Positions 1 through 12,157 of a stretch of 64,000 nt of DNA are shown here, piece after piece (position 1 is the first letter of the stretch; each line of letters starts with the position of its first letter). The DNA is taken from NCBI RefSeq assembly GCF_009914755.1, contig NC_060926.1; one strand, written 5' to 3'. The stretch is from the human T2T-CHM13v2.0 reference genome, Homo sapiens. Made by a program: the position numbers and the translations under genes. The notes beneath the pieces were generated by a model. It was not told the origin of the DNA and made no database searches. It saw only the letters and a program-made list of their open reading frames with translations.

Positions 1-453
1 CCCTTAATCCAAAGCCTAGTCCAGTAAAAGGCCCTATCTCATTCCAATTCTATGAAGGCTGAGAGGGGTGAGGTGGCTGCAGAAGAAAATTTGGCAGCTA
101 GCAGAGGCTAATTAATAAGGTTTAAGGAAATAAGTCATTTCCATAACAAAAAGTACAAGGTGAGGGTGTAAGAGTTGATGTAGAAGCTGCAGCAAATTAT
201 CCAGAAGACCAAGCAAAGATAATTGATGAAATTGGCTACACTAGACAACACATTTGCAGGGCAGACAAAGCAGCCTTCTCTTGAATGCCATCTAGGACTT
301 ACATTGCTAAGAGGAAAAGTCAATGCTTGGCTTCAAAGCTTCAAAGCACAGGCTGACTCTTTAGGGGCTAATGGAGCTGGCAACTCTTAGTTGAAGCCAG
401 TGCCCATTTACCATTGTGAAAATTCTAAAGCCCTTAAGAATTATGCTAAAGCT

Positions 454-809
454 GGCCAGGCATGGTAGCTCACGCCTGTATTCTCAGCACTTTGAGAGGC
501 TGAGGCAGGGGGATCACCTGAGGTCAGGAGTTCAACTCCAGCCTGAGGTCAGGAGTTCAACTCCAGCCTGAGGTCGGGAGTTTGAGACGAGCCTGACCAA
601 CATGGAGAAACCCCGTCTCTACTAAAAACACAAAAGTAGCTGGGCGTGGTGGTGCATGTCTGTTATTCCAGCTATTCGGGAGGCTGAGGCAGGAGAATTC
701 GCTTGAACCCGGGAGGCGGAAGTTGCGATGAGCCGAAATCATGCCACTGTACTCCAGCCTGGGCCATGAGAGCGAAACACCATCTCAAAAAAAATAAAAA
801 CAAACAAAA
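454..809 (+). mobile_element. AluSp-like SINE with an internal 25-bp tandem triplication
   Basis: Dimeric Alu with CCTGACCAACATGGAGAAACCCC and GGTCGGGAG diagnostics; 15-bp TSD AAGAATTATGCTAAA at 436-450 and 810-824. Confidence 0.95.
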
Positions 810-1430
810 AAGAATTATGCTAAAATTACACTACCTGTGCTCTATGAATGAAACAATGAAGTGTAGATGACCACACACCTGTTTACAGGATAGTTCACTG
901 AAGATTTTAAGCTCTCTGTTGAGACCTACTACTCATATAAAAAGATTTTTAAAGTATTACTGCTCATTTTCAACATACTTGGTCACTCAAGAGGTCAAAG
1001 TTGTATAAGGATATTAATATTGTTGTCATGCTTCCTAACACAGCATCCATTCTGCAGTCCATAAATCAAGGAGTAATTTCAACTTTAAAGTCTTATTGCT
1101 TAAGAAATACATTTCAAAAGGCTATAGCTTCCATAGATATGATTCCTCTGATGGATCTGGGCAAAATAAATTGAAAACCTTCTGGAAAGGATTCGCCATT
1201 GTAGATGTCATTAAAAACATTAATGATTCCCAGAAAAAGGTCAAAATATCAACATTCATAAGATTATAGAAGAAGTTGATTCCATCCTTCATGGATGACT
1301 TTGAGAGGTTCAAGACTTCAGTGGAGAAAGTAACAACATATGTGGCAGATATAGTAACAGAAATAGAACTAGAAGTAGAGGCCGAAAATGTGCCTGCATT
1401 GCTGCAACCTCATAATAAAATTTGAATGAT

Positions 1431-1599
1431 TAGCCAGGCATGTGCTATGAGCACATGCTCATAGCCCCAGCTACTCAGAAGGCTGAAGAAGGAGGATCAC
1501 TTGAGCCCAGAGTTTGAGGATGCAGAGAGCTATACTCACGCCACTGCACTCCAGCCTGCATGGCAGAGTAAGATCCTATCTCTGAAAAAAGAAAAAAAA
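1431..1599 (+). mobile_element. FRAM / AluJ right-arm monomer inside Tigger1
   Basis: GGAGGATCACTTGAGCCCAG...CACTGCACTCCAGCCTG followed by an A tail. Confidence 0.85.
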
Positions 1600-2769
1600 G
1601 TTAACAGAAGAGGAATTCCTTCCATGGATGAGCTAAAAAAGTGGTTTGTTGAGATCAAATTTACTCCTGATAAAGATCCTGTGAACACTGAAATGACAAC
1701 AAAGGATTTTGAATATTATATAACCTTAGTTGACCAAACAGCAGCAGTTTGAGAGGACTGACTCCACTTTTGAAAGAAGTTCTACTGTGGGTTAAATGCT
1801 ATCAAATAGCCTCATATGCTACAGAGAAATCTTTTATGAAAGAAAGAGTCCATCGATGCAACATACCTCACTGTTGTCTTATTTTTAAAAATTGCCACAG
1901 CTACCCCAATCTTTAGCAACCACCACCCTGATCAGCCAGCAAATATCAACATCAAGGCAAGACCCTCCACCAGCAAAAAGATTATAACTCACTGAAATAC
2001 TGGGTGATCATTAGCAACTTCCGGCAATAAAGTATTTTTACTTAAGGTATATGCATTATTTTTTTGACATACTGCCATTGTACATTTAATAGACTACAGT
2101 ATAGTGTAAACAACTATTATATAAACTGGAAAATGAAAACATTTGTGTGGAGGACATAAGCAGCCTTATAGTAAGACAATATAAAGTTATAATAATCAAG
2201 ACAGTCTAAAATAAAGTAAATACATATATAAATAAAACAGAATAGAAAGCCTGGAAATAATACAGCCACACAATATAGCCAAGTGATTTTGACAAAGGCG
2301 CAAAGACAACGGGAAAAGATAATCTTTTCAACAAATTGTGCTGGAACAATTGAATGTTCATTTGCAGAAAAAAAGTCTTATATCTTCACAAAAATTAACT
2401 CATACACTAAAATGTAAAGTGCAAAACTAAAGCTTCGAGAAAAAAATAGAAAATCTATATGACCATGGGTTTGGTGACATTTTTTAGACACAACACCAAA
2501 AATATGACCTATCAAAGAAAAATTTGATACATTAGGTTTTATTACAATTTTTAAAATTATTCTCTGCAAAAGATATGGCTCATCAAATGAAAATACAAGC
2601 ACAGACTAGGAGAAAATTCTTGCAAAACACGTAACTGAAAATGAACTTGTGCCTCAAATATACAGAGAACTCTTAAAATAACATTAAGAAAAAAATTAAA
2701 TTGAAAAATGGACAATATCTGAACAGACACCTTGACAAGGAATATATATGGATGGTAAAGCATATGAAA

Positions 2770-3577
2770 ACAAGAATCAAATTTCCTAGTTTTGCAAGTG
2801 AATATTCAGTTTTCCCAACAGTATTTACATTTTTCCATCTTATACCCCCGATTACTCAGTAGCATTTATTAAAGGTACTGTTTCCTGTTGTATATTGTTG
2901 GCACCCTTGTCAGAGATCAGTTGACCAAATATGCATGGGTTTATTCCAGGCTCTGTTCTGTTCCATTGGACTATGTTTCATTTTTATGGCAGTGCCATAT
3001 GGTTTTGAATACTATAGCATTGTAATATAGTGTGAAATCAGGAAATGTGATGTCTTCAGTTTTGTTCTCAAAATTGCATTGGCTATTTGGGTTCTTTGTG
3101 GTTTTACACAAATTTTAGAGTTTACTTTTATTTCTGTTAAAAATGCCATTGGAATTTTGATAGAGATCCCTTTGAATCACTTTGGGTAGTATGTACATTA
3201 CTATGATATTAATTCTTTCAGTTCAGAAACACTGGATTTTCATTTATTTATATCTACTTCAATTTTTTCACTAATATTCTACAGTTTTCACTCTACAAAT
3301 CTTTCACCACCTTTGTTAAATGTATTCCTAAGTATTTTATTATTTTTGATGCTATTATTAATGGAATAGTTTTCTTTCTTTTTTAAATAGTTTATGTTAG
3401 TATACAGCAAGTTAAACTTATTTTTGTGTATTTTATATCCTGAAACTTTACTTAATTCATTTATTAGTTCTGACAATTTTTTGGTAGAGTCTTTAGGGTT
3501 TTCTATGTGTAAGAGTACGTCATCTGCAAACAGAGACAGTTTACCTTCTTCCTTTCGAACTTAAATCAACTTGAATG

Positions 3578-3608
<31 letters not shown>

Positions 3609-4990
3609 CTCCTAATTGCTCTGATTAGGACTTCCAGTACCATGTCGAATAAAAGTGTCAAGAGTAGGCATACTTGCCTTATTTCTGATCCCAGAAGAAA
3701 AGCTCCCAAACGAATAAAATTAGAACTTTGTCTTGCATCATATATAAATATTAATTTAAAATTAATTAAACACTTAAAGGTAAGATCTGAAACTATAAAA
3801 CTCCCAGAACATAAGGAAGGGGAAAAGCTCCTTGACATTGGTCTTGGCAATGATTTTTTGGCTATGACACCAAAAGCACAAGCAACAAAAGCAAAAATAA
3901 ACAGGTGGAAACAACATCAAATTTAAAAGCTTCTGCAGAGCAAAGGAAACAATCAATGAGATGAAAAGGCATCCTGTGGAATGAAAGAAAATATTTGAAA
4001 CCCTATGTCTGATAAGGGATTAACATAAAAAATACATAAAGAAATCACACAACTCAGTGGCAAAAAATAAAATAAAAAATAAAAATGGGCAAAGTACTAA
4101 GTGGATATTTTTCCAAAGAAGAGATAAAAAATGGCCAAAGGTATATAAAAAGGTGCTCAATACCACTAATCATCAGAAAAAAAGTGCAAATAGAAAACAT
4201 AATGAGATATCACCTCATACCTGTCAGGATGGCTATTATCAATAAGGCAAGAGACAAGTGGTAATGAAGGATGTAGGAAAAATTAACCCTTGTATGCTAT
4301 TGTGGAAATCAGTATGGGGGCTCCTCAAAAAAATTAAAAATAGAATTGCCATATGATCCACCAATCCCATTTCTGGGTATATGTCCAAAGGAAATAAAAT
4401 CACTATCTTGAGAGATATCTGTACCCCAATGTTCACTGCAGCATTATTCACAATAGCCAAATTATGAAAACAACACATGTCAATCAAAAGATTAATGGAT
4501 AAATAAAAAGTGGTATGTTTGGGTGTGTGTTTGTATGCACACACACAGACACAATAGAATACTATTTAGCTATAAAAAACAAGGATATTCCTTCATTTGT
4601 GACAACATGGACAAATCTGGAAGACATTATATCAAGTGAAATAAGCCAGACACACACAAAAAACAAATACTGCTATAATCTCACTTGTATGTGGCATCGA
4701 AAAAAGTCAAACTCATAGAAGCAGAGAGTAGGATAGTAGTTACCAGAAGCTAGTGGTGGTTGGAATGAGGAGGTGTTGATCAAAGGCTACAAACTTTCAA
4801 TTATAAGATTAAGAAGTTCTGGAAATCAAAGGTACAGCATGGATGGTGATAGATATCTTAATAAATTTGATCACAATAATCATCACAACATTATATGTAT
4901 GTCAAATCATCTCATTGTACACCTTGACTATATACAATATTTCTCAAATCAATATTTTAAAAATATTAAATTTAGAAAATAAAAATTAAA
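2770..4990 (+). mobile_element. L1MA9/10-like element with 5' inversion (minus-strand piece 2770-3706, plus-strand 3' piece 3707-4990)
   Basis: ORFs 3288..3476(-), 3642..3926(+) and 4515..4718(+) resemble ORF2; the two pieces are contiguous in L1 coordinates; A-rich tail ~4960-4990. Confidence 0.85.
3577..3603. repeat. (TC)n microsatellite
   Basis: Direct reading. Confidence 0.95.
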
Positions 4991-5367
4991 TTAAAATTTT
5001 AAGCATAAAGTCTTGCAATAATGGGGTATAAAATATGCCCAAGATCATTTTTATTAGGAAATGCAAATTAAAACATTCATATACATACTTTGCATGGCTA
5101 TGAGAATGGCTAAAATCCAAACATCTGACAATACTAATTGCTGGTGAGAATGTGAAGCAAAAGGAAGTCTCATTCATTGTTTGTGGGAGTGAAAGATTGC
5201 TGGTGGGAGCAGAAGATTGGCAATTACTTACAAAGCTAAACATAATCTTATCATACAATCCAGCAATTGTTCTTATGTAGATCTACCCAATTAATTTGAA
5301 AATGATGTCCACATAAAAATCTGCACACAAATGTTTAGAATATCTTTATTAATAATAGCCTCAACTA

Positions 5368-5803
<436 letters not shown>

Positions 5804-7129
5804 TCAGGCAAAGACATGGATGAACCTTACTCATATTGTTAATTGAAAAAAGCCAGTCTGAAAAGGCTACATACATACGGAATCATATAATAAAATTACA
5901 ATTATACGTCATTGTGGAAAACAACAAAATTATGGACAGTTAAAAGATCAGTGTTTGCCAGGGGTTTGGAGGAAGGTTTGAAAAAGTCAAGGACCATATT
6001 AGGGCAGTGAAACCATTCTGTATATTGCAGTGGTGGATACATGATGGAATACATATATTAAAACCCGAGAACTTTATAGTGCAATACTGAATCTTACTGT
6101 ACACAAATTAAAAAATAATTAAAGATGCCAAGGGCTCCCAGGCTGGAGTGCAGACTGTAACAAAGAATCTAATTGTATTGCAAACATATCAAATAACCTC
6201 AGTGATGGAGTGGGGAGATGGTGCTGATATAAGTAACTTTGTAAATGAGTGGAATCTAAAATTAAAGGATGAAAGGCAATATAAACTGTACATAACCATT
6301 GTTTTCTAATAGATAAAGTTATTTCCCATGGGGATACATGTTAACAACTCTTTTACTGCTATATACATACACTGAAATTGAACCTTGAAGAAAATAGATG
6401 GTACCAGGTAGGTTTCTCCCATTTTTGAAGTCAGAGGTTAAAGATATAAGCAGGGGGAAGGACGCTAGAATTATCACATGGTACTGGATTAGAATTGGAG
6501 ACATCTATATAAATTCCCTTTTAGCTCAATATAGATACCGATAGGCACATATACAAATATTTATAGACAGTTGTATATACATGGGCTAGTATACACACAT
6601 TTTTTTTGCTCTGTCAGCTGAATGGGACTAGAAGCAACAGCACCCCAAGAGCAGCCAGCATAATAGCACCTCGAATTTGGTTTCCAATACTGCTCTCTAA
6701 GAGAAGGATCCAGGGCTCCTTAGATAAATGAACAATTCTGGGACTGGAACAGGAAATATACAAGATACCCCTGTGGGAGGTTGTGGTGCCAGAAAGTAAG
6801 GAAGTGCTAAACACATACACAATGATGTGAGTTTGTGAAAGGGACAAAAGAGTCAACTGAAAGAACTCCCAGTATTCAAAGCTAGAACAACGTGAGCATC
6901 AAAAGAAAGCAGTATTAGATCTTAAACCAATAACATGAATACCCATGAGCACATATTGTTATAAAAATCAGTGAATAAATAAATGAATGTGGGAGAATAA
7001 ACAAATAATCCATGTAGAAGTATTCCAAATAATTCATGGAGATACTCTTCCTTCAAAAAGGCAGATCACAACTTCTCACTTCTTAAGCATGTGTTGTACG
7101 ATGACTTCTTGCAAATGAGCACCGTATTT

Positions 7130-7655
7130 TATTGACTTCTCAAAAGACCACCAATAAATCTTTCAATCAATCAAGACCAAATGGTGCAGTGAGGGAGAGC
7201 ATCAACTTATCAGTCATAGCTGTGATTCAGAACAAGGGTATCAAGAAGGATATTTATAGGCTTTAGGACTTCGGCTCAGTGACTTAGGTGGTTCTTTCAA
7301 GTTGCACACTCCTTGATTTTGAGAGAAGTCTGTGGCAAAATTACAGTGGGTATAGAGAGGCAATGATCTTGAAGTGAGTAATGATAAGTAAACTGTTGTT
7401 TGACCACCTACTTGTTTACCCAGGTGAGCAATCTAATATTTTGTAGGACAACCATTTTCCCAGATGAGCCAGATCTTAGTCCAGACCTATTGGTGTTCAA
7501 GAATTTCCTGAAGCAAATGGTGAGAATATTGATTGGATTACAGCTTCATCTTCTAGGGCGAGAATTTTTTGGAAGAAATAATGTAAACATGTTGACATAG
7601 GTGGTCTCAGTTCTCAGTCATGCTATTTAAGCTACAAGGACACAGTTCTCAGTAT
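7130..7655 (-). mobile_element. Probable old ERV1-type solo LTR (MER90/MER92/MER110-like)
   Basis: Minus strand begins ACTGAGAACTGAGACC, contains a TATAAATA box and ends GGTGGTCTTT...AGTCAA; family uncertain. Confidence 0.4.
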
Positions 7656-8154
7656 GTATTTTTCATAATTAAGTTTGTGTTTGTTTTTAAATACGCAGCT
7701 CACAAAAGAACAAACACCAAAGTCCAACAAATATATAAATAAATACCTACCTTCCTTAGTAATCAGGAACAATTATCTAGATATTATCTAATACAGATTA
7801 AATTAGGAAAGTCAAAATTCTGACACCACTAAGATTTGACAAAGACAAAGAAAACTGACCTCTCATTTACTGCTGGTGGAAGAATAAAATGGTAAACTAT
7901 TTTAGAGGGCAACTTGTCAATATCAGAGTATATTGAGGTACATAATCTGTGACTCAGCAATGCTGATTTTAAATATATGCTCAGGAGAAACTCTTGTACA
8001 TATTCACCACAGGAGATACGCATGAAAATATCCATTGCAGCAGTGTCCTTGGTTATGGGAATGAATAATAAATTATTGTGCATTCACTCAATTTATACAG
8101 CAATAAAAACTAGATTAATGTATATGAAAATAGATATATTTTTAAAATATAATA

Positions 8155-8589
8155 CAGTTGACCCTTGAACAACACAGGTTTGAACTGCATGGGTCCACTT
8201 ATACACAAATTTTCTCTGCCTCTGACACCTCTGAGACAGCAAGACAACCCTTTCCTCTTCCTCCTTGTCCTCATCAGCCTACGCAAGGTTAAGGCAAGGA
8301 AGAAGACCTTTATAATGATCCACTTCCACATAATAAATAGTAAACATATATTTTCCTTATAGTTTTCTTAATGTTTCTTTTCCCTAGCTTACTTTATTGT
8401 GAGAATACTGTATATATACATATAATATACAAAACATGTTAATCAACTGTTTATGTTATCGGTAAGGCTTCCGGAAAACAGTAAGCTATTAGCAGTTAAG
8501 TTTTGGGGAAGTCAAATCACATATCCAGATGATTTTCAACTGTGTGGGGATAGGTCCCCTTAACCCCTGAGTTGTTCAAGGATTAGTTG
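8155..8589 (+). mobile_element. Tigger2a (MER28) non-autonomous DNA transposon
   Basis: TIRs CAGTTGACCCTTGAACAAC / GTTGTTCAAGGATTAGTTG, TA target on both sides, 435 bp. Confidence 0.92.
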
Positions 8590-8838
8590 TACTGAGTAAC
8601 GAACTAACTTCTGGAATAGTACCTATACTATGACATCATTAATACACATTTTTAAAACAACAACACAGAGCAATGCTTTACTTATGGATATATAAGTGAC
8701 AAAATAATAAAAATATGAACAATAAGGGCACACATCATATTTGGGATAGTGTTCATCTCTGGGAAAGGAGGTAAGAAAATGCAATTGCAAAGAGGAACAA
8801 AGAGGACTTCACTGTCTTCCATAATGTTATATAACTTT

Positions 8839-9265
8839 TGATACAGTTTGGATATTTGTCCTGGCCCAAATCTCATGTTGAAATTTAACCCCCAGTATTT
8901 GAGGTGGGGCCTGGTGGGAGGTGTTTGGATTGTGGGGGCAGATTTCTCATGAATGGCTTGGGCCATCCCCTTGGTGATAAGTGAGCTCTCACCCTGAGTT
9001 CACACAAAATCTGGTCATTTAAAAGTGTATGCCACCTACACCCAACTGTCTCTCGAGCTCCTGCTTTTACCATGTAATGCACATGCTCCCCCTTCACTTT
9101 TCTGCCCTGGTTGTAAGCTTCCTGAGGCTTCCCCAGAAGCTGAGCACATGCCAGCACCTTGCTTCCTGTAAAGCCCACAGAACTGTGAGCCACATAAACC
9201 TCTTTCTTTAGAAATTACCCAACCTCAGGTATTTCTTGACAGCAATGTAAGAATGGTGTAATACA
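8839..9265 (+). mobile_element. MSTB (ERVL-MaLR) solo LTR
   Basis: TG...CA ends, CATGAATGGCTTGGGCCATCCCCTTGGTGATAAGTGAG, 427 bp, 5-bp TSD ACTTT/TCTTT. Confidence 0.9.
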
Positions 9266-9409
9266 TCTTTCATTTTTTAAAGGAAGTAAAATGACATCTG
9301 AAGCAGAAGCAATAAAATGTTCACACTTCATTCTGGCTGGCAGATACTTGTGTATTTGATATGTTATTATGTATATTTCCTATAGTTTTAAAATTTATCA
9401 ACTTTCATT

Positions 9410-11110
9410 AAGTGGGTGTTGAGATCTATATTTTGCTTGTGGATGTCAATGCTTCCCCACCTACTTGCGGAAAACTCTGTCCTTTTCATTTAATTGCTTT
9501 TGAACCATTGTCAAGAGCCAGTTGTCCATGTATATATAGGGACATACACAACGTGTCTGTGTGTGAAATATATATAGATAGTTGTCCGACTTCTGAACAT
9601 TTTGTTCCATTTCATTGACTTGATTTGTGTCTCTGTACTATCACCAATGCCACACTGTCCCAATTGCAATAGCTTTATAATAAATATTAAAATTGGGCAG
9701 TATAATACTTCCAGTTTTATTTTTATTTTTCAAAATTGCTTTGGCTATTCTAGATCCTTTGCATTTTCATATACAATGCTTCCATTTTTGAATTGGTTTG
9801 TCAATTCCTTCAAAAAGTCCTGAGATTCTGACACATATTATGTTGAATCCATATATTAGTTTGGAGAGAATTGATACCTTAGTAATACTGAGCCTTCCAA
9901 ACCATTAACAAACCATAAGTTGCCATTCATTTAGGACTTCTTTGTCTTCTGAGTATTTCACAGTTTTTAACATGCAGAACTTGCATATATTTTGATAGCT
10001 TTATGTATAACTCATGCTTTTGATGATATTATAAAATTTTAATTTTGATTTTAAGGTGTTTATTGCTAAAATATAGAAATATACAGTTGGTCCTCAGTAT
10101 CTGCAGCGGATTGGTTCCAGTACACCCTACAGATACCCACATCCATGTGTATTCAAGTCTTGTAGTTAGCCCTGCAAAACTCACGTACAAGAAAAGTATA
10201 AAAAGTGAGCCCTCTCTGTCAGAAGCTTTTGCATCCAGTGAATTCTGTATTTTCCACTCACATTTTGTCATGGATGCAGAACCTAAGGATATGGAGAGCC
10301 TACTGTATTTATTGGAAAAAATCTGTATGTTTCCTTATTAAATGGACCCATACAGTTCAAGCCCATGTTGTTCAAGGGTCAACTATAATTTTTTTAATAT
10401 TATTTTTATATCCCAAAACGTTGCTCAAAGCACTTATTAGTTCTGGTAGCTTTTTTGTAGAATCTAGGATTTTCTAAGTAAGCAATTATATCAGTTGTAA
10501 ATAGAGTTTAATTACTTCCTTTACAACCTTGATGCCTTTTATTTATTCTTCTTGCCTTTTTCCACTAGATAGGACCTCCAGTATGATGATGATTAGGAAC
10601 TCATGAGAGTAAACATCCTTGGCGTTTTCCCGACCTTAGGAGGAAAGCATTCAGCCTCTCACTTTAAGTGTGTTGTTAGCTAAGGAGATTTTATAGATTC
10701 CTTTATCAGGTTGAGGGAGTTTCCCTCTGTAACTAGATTGCTGAGAGTTCCATCATAAGTGAAATTTTATCACATTTTTTGTTTTCAAGTGCTTTTTCTT
10801 CATCTATTGAGATCATATGGTTTTCTTATTTAATATATTAAAATGGTGAATTTCATTGACTGATATTAAAATGTTACACCAACCTTGAATTAATGAGATA
10901 AACTCCATTTGGTCATTGTATTATCCTTTCCATATAGTGCTAGATTTGATTTGGTAATATTTTGTTGAGGATTTTTGTAAGTGTTTTCATGAGGCATGTT
11001 AGTCTGTATTTTCTTTTCTTACAGTGTCTTTATCTGTTTATGTGTTTAGTACAATGCTGGCCTCAAAAATTGAATTAGAAAATATTCCCTGCTTTTCTAT
11101 TTTCTGGAAA
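9410..11110 (-). mobile_element. Old L1M ORF2 fragment, interrupted by a MER2B/MER8-type element
   Basis: T-rich antisense ORF2 motifs (GGACCTCCAGTATGATG, AAAGCATTCAGCCTCTC, TGCTAGATTTGATTTGGTAATATTTTGTTGAGG). Confidence 0.85.
10084..10385. mobile_element. MER2B/MER8 (TcMar-Tigger) MITE
   Basis: CAGTTGGTCCTCAGTATC...GATTGGTTCCAG start, TGTTGTTCAAGGGTCAACT end, TA flanks. Confidence 0.85.
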
Positions 11111-11827
11111 TTGATGGTTTAAAAGCAATTTATCAAGAGCATCAAGTATCTAGAATAATCTAGGCAAATATTTTTATTCTGAATTCTTTAAAAAGTATTT
11201 CCAAACAAAAGTGACTATATACTAAACATGATAAAAAATTAAAATAAATAAACTCAATTATTTCAAAATAGAGAATGTTAAATGAATTCCATATACATGT
11301 GATATTATCTGATACGGGGTACAAACATACTGCAATATTAGGAAAATTTGTAACATTAGAAAAACAATTTTAAAAGAAACTGTAAAAATAACTGTTGAAT
11401 ACTGATGCAGAGTGGCTAAAGAAAGCTAAAGTTCTAGTGGCCATCAGTTCTTTGCAAGACAAATGCAAAATAAGTGATATATCTTTCAATCACATGCAAA
11501 CTCACTCCAGGTTAACTGAGTTATTCAGAGGAGGTTACATATCTGATATTTGCTTTTGCAGACATACTTGCTTTTTGCAGACATCCCTTTGGAAACAGCT
11601 GGAGAAGGATGTCCAAACTTCAAATGACAAAACCAACAGTGACGTGACTACCAAAAAAACTATCATTTTGTTTTTATCACAGTAGATGCTATAAAGATTC
11701 TGATGTGTAAGTAACGGCTGCTTATGTGTCAGATGCATTATATGATTTGTTTCAGTTTGATTCAGGTGGAAAACTCTTTTACTTGTGAGAAACATAAAAA
11801 TAACAATATTTTAAAACACAAAACTGA

Positions 11828-12157
<330 letters not shown>

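Larger units (their letters stand above)
1..2148 (+). mobile_element. Tigger1 (TcMar-Tigger) DNA transposon fossil; runs off the window start, right end truncated; interrupted by two Alu elements
   Basis: Matches recalled Tigger1 transposase region (AATTCTATGAAGGCTGAGAG...GCTAGCAGAGG; AAGAATTATGCTAAA; TTTGAAAGAAGTTCTACTGTGGG) and subterminal TAATAGACTACAGTATAGTGTAAAC; reading frame disrupted. Confidence 0.92.
7690..9400 (+). mobile_element. L1ME-type 3' end fragments, interrupted by Tigger2a and MSTB
   Basis: Degenerate L1 3' motifs (CTCTCATTTACTGCTGGTGG...GACTCAGCAAT...GAGAAACTCTTGTACAT). Confidence 0.7.

Noticed and set aside
517-591. 25-bp direct repeats as a CRISPR-like array
   Set aside because: Head-to-tail without spacers, inside an Alu, in primate DNA.
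11683-11706. 24-nt plus-strand microexon (tcacag / gtaagt)
   Set aside because: No partner exons or host gene visible; such motif pairs are common by chance.
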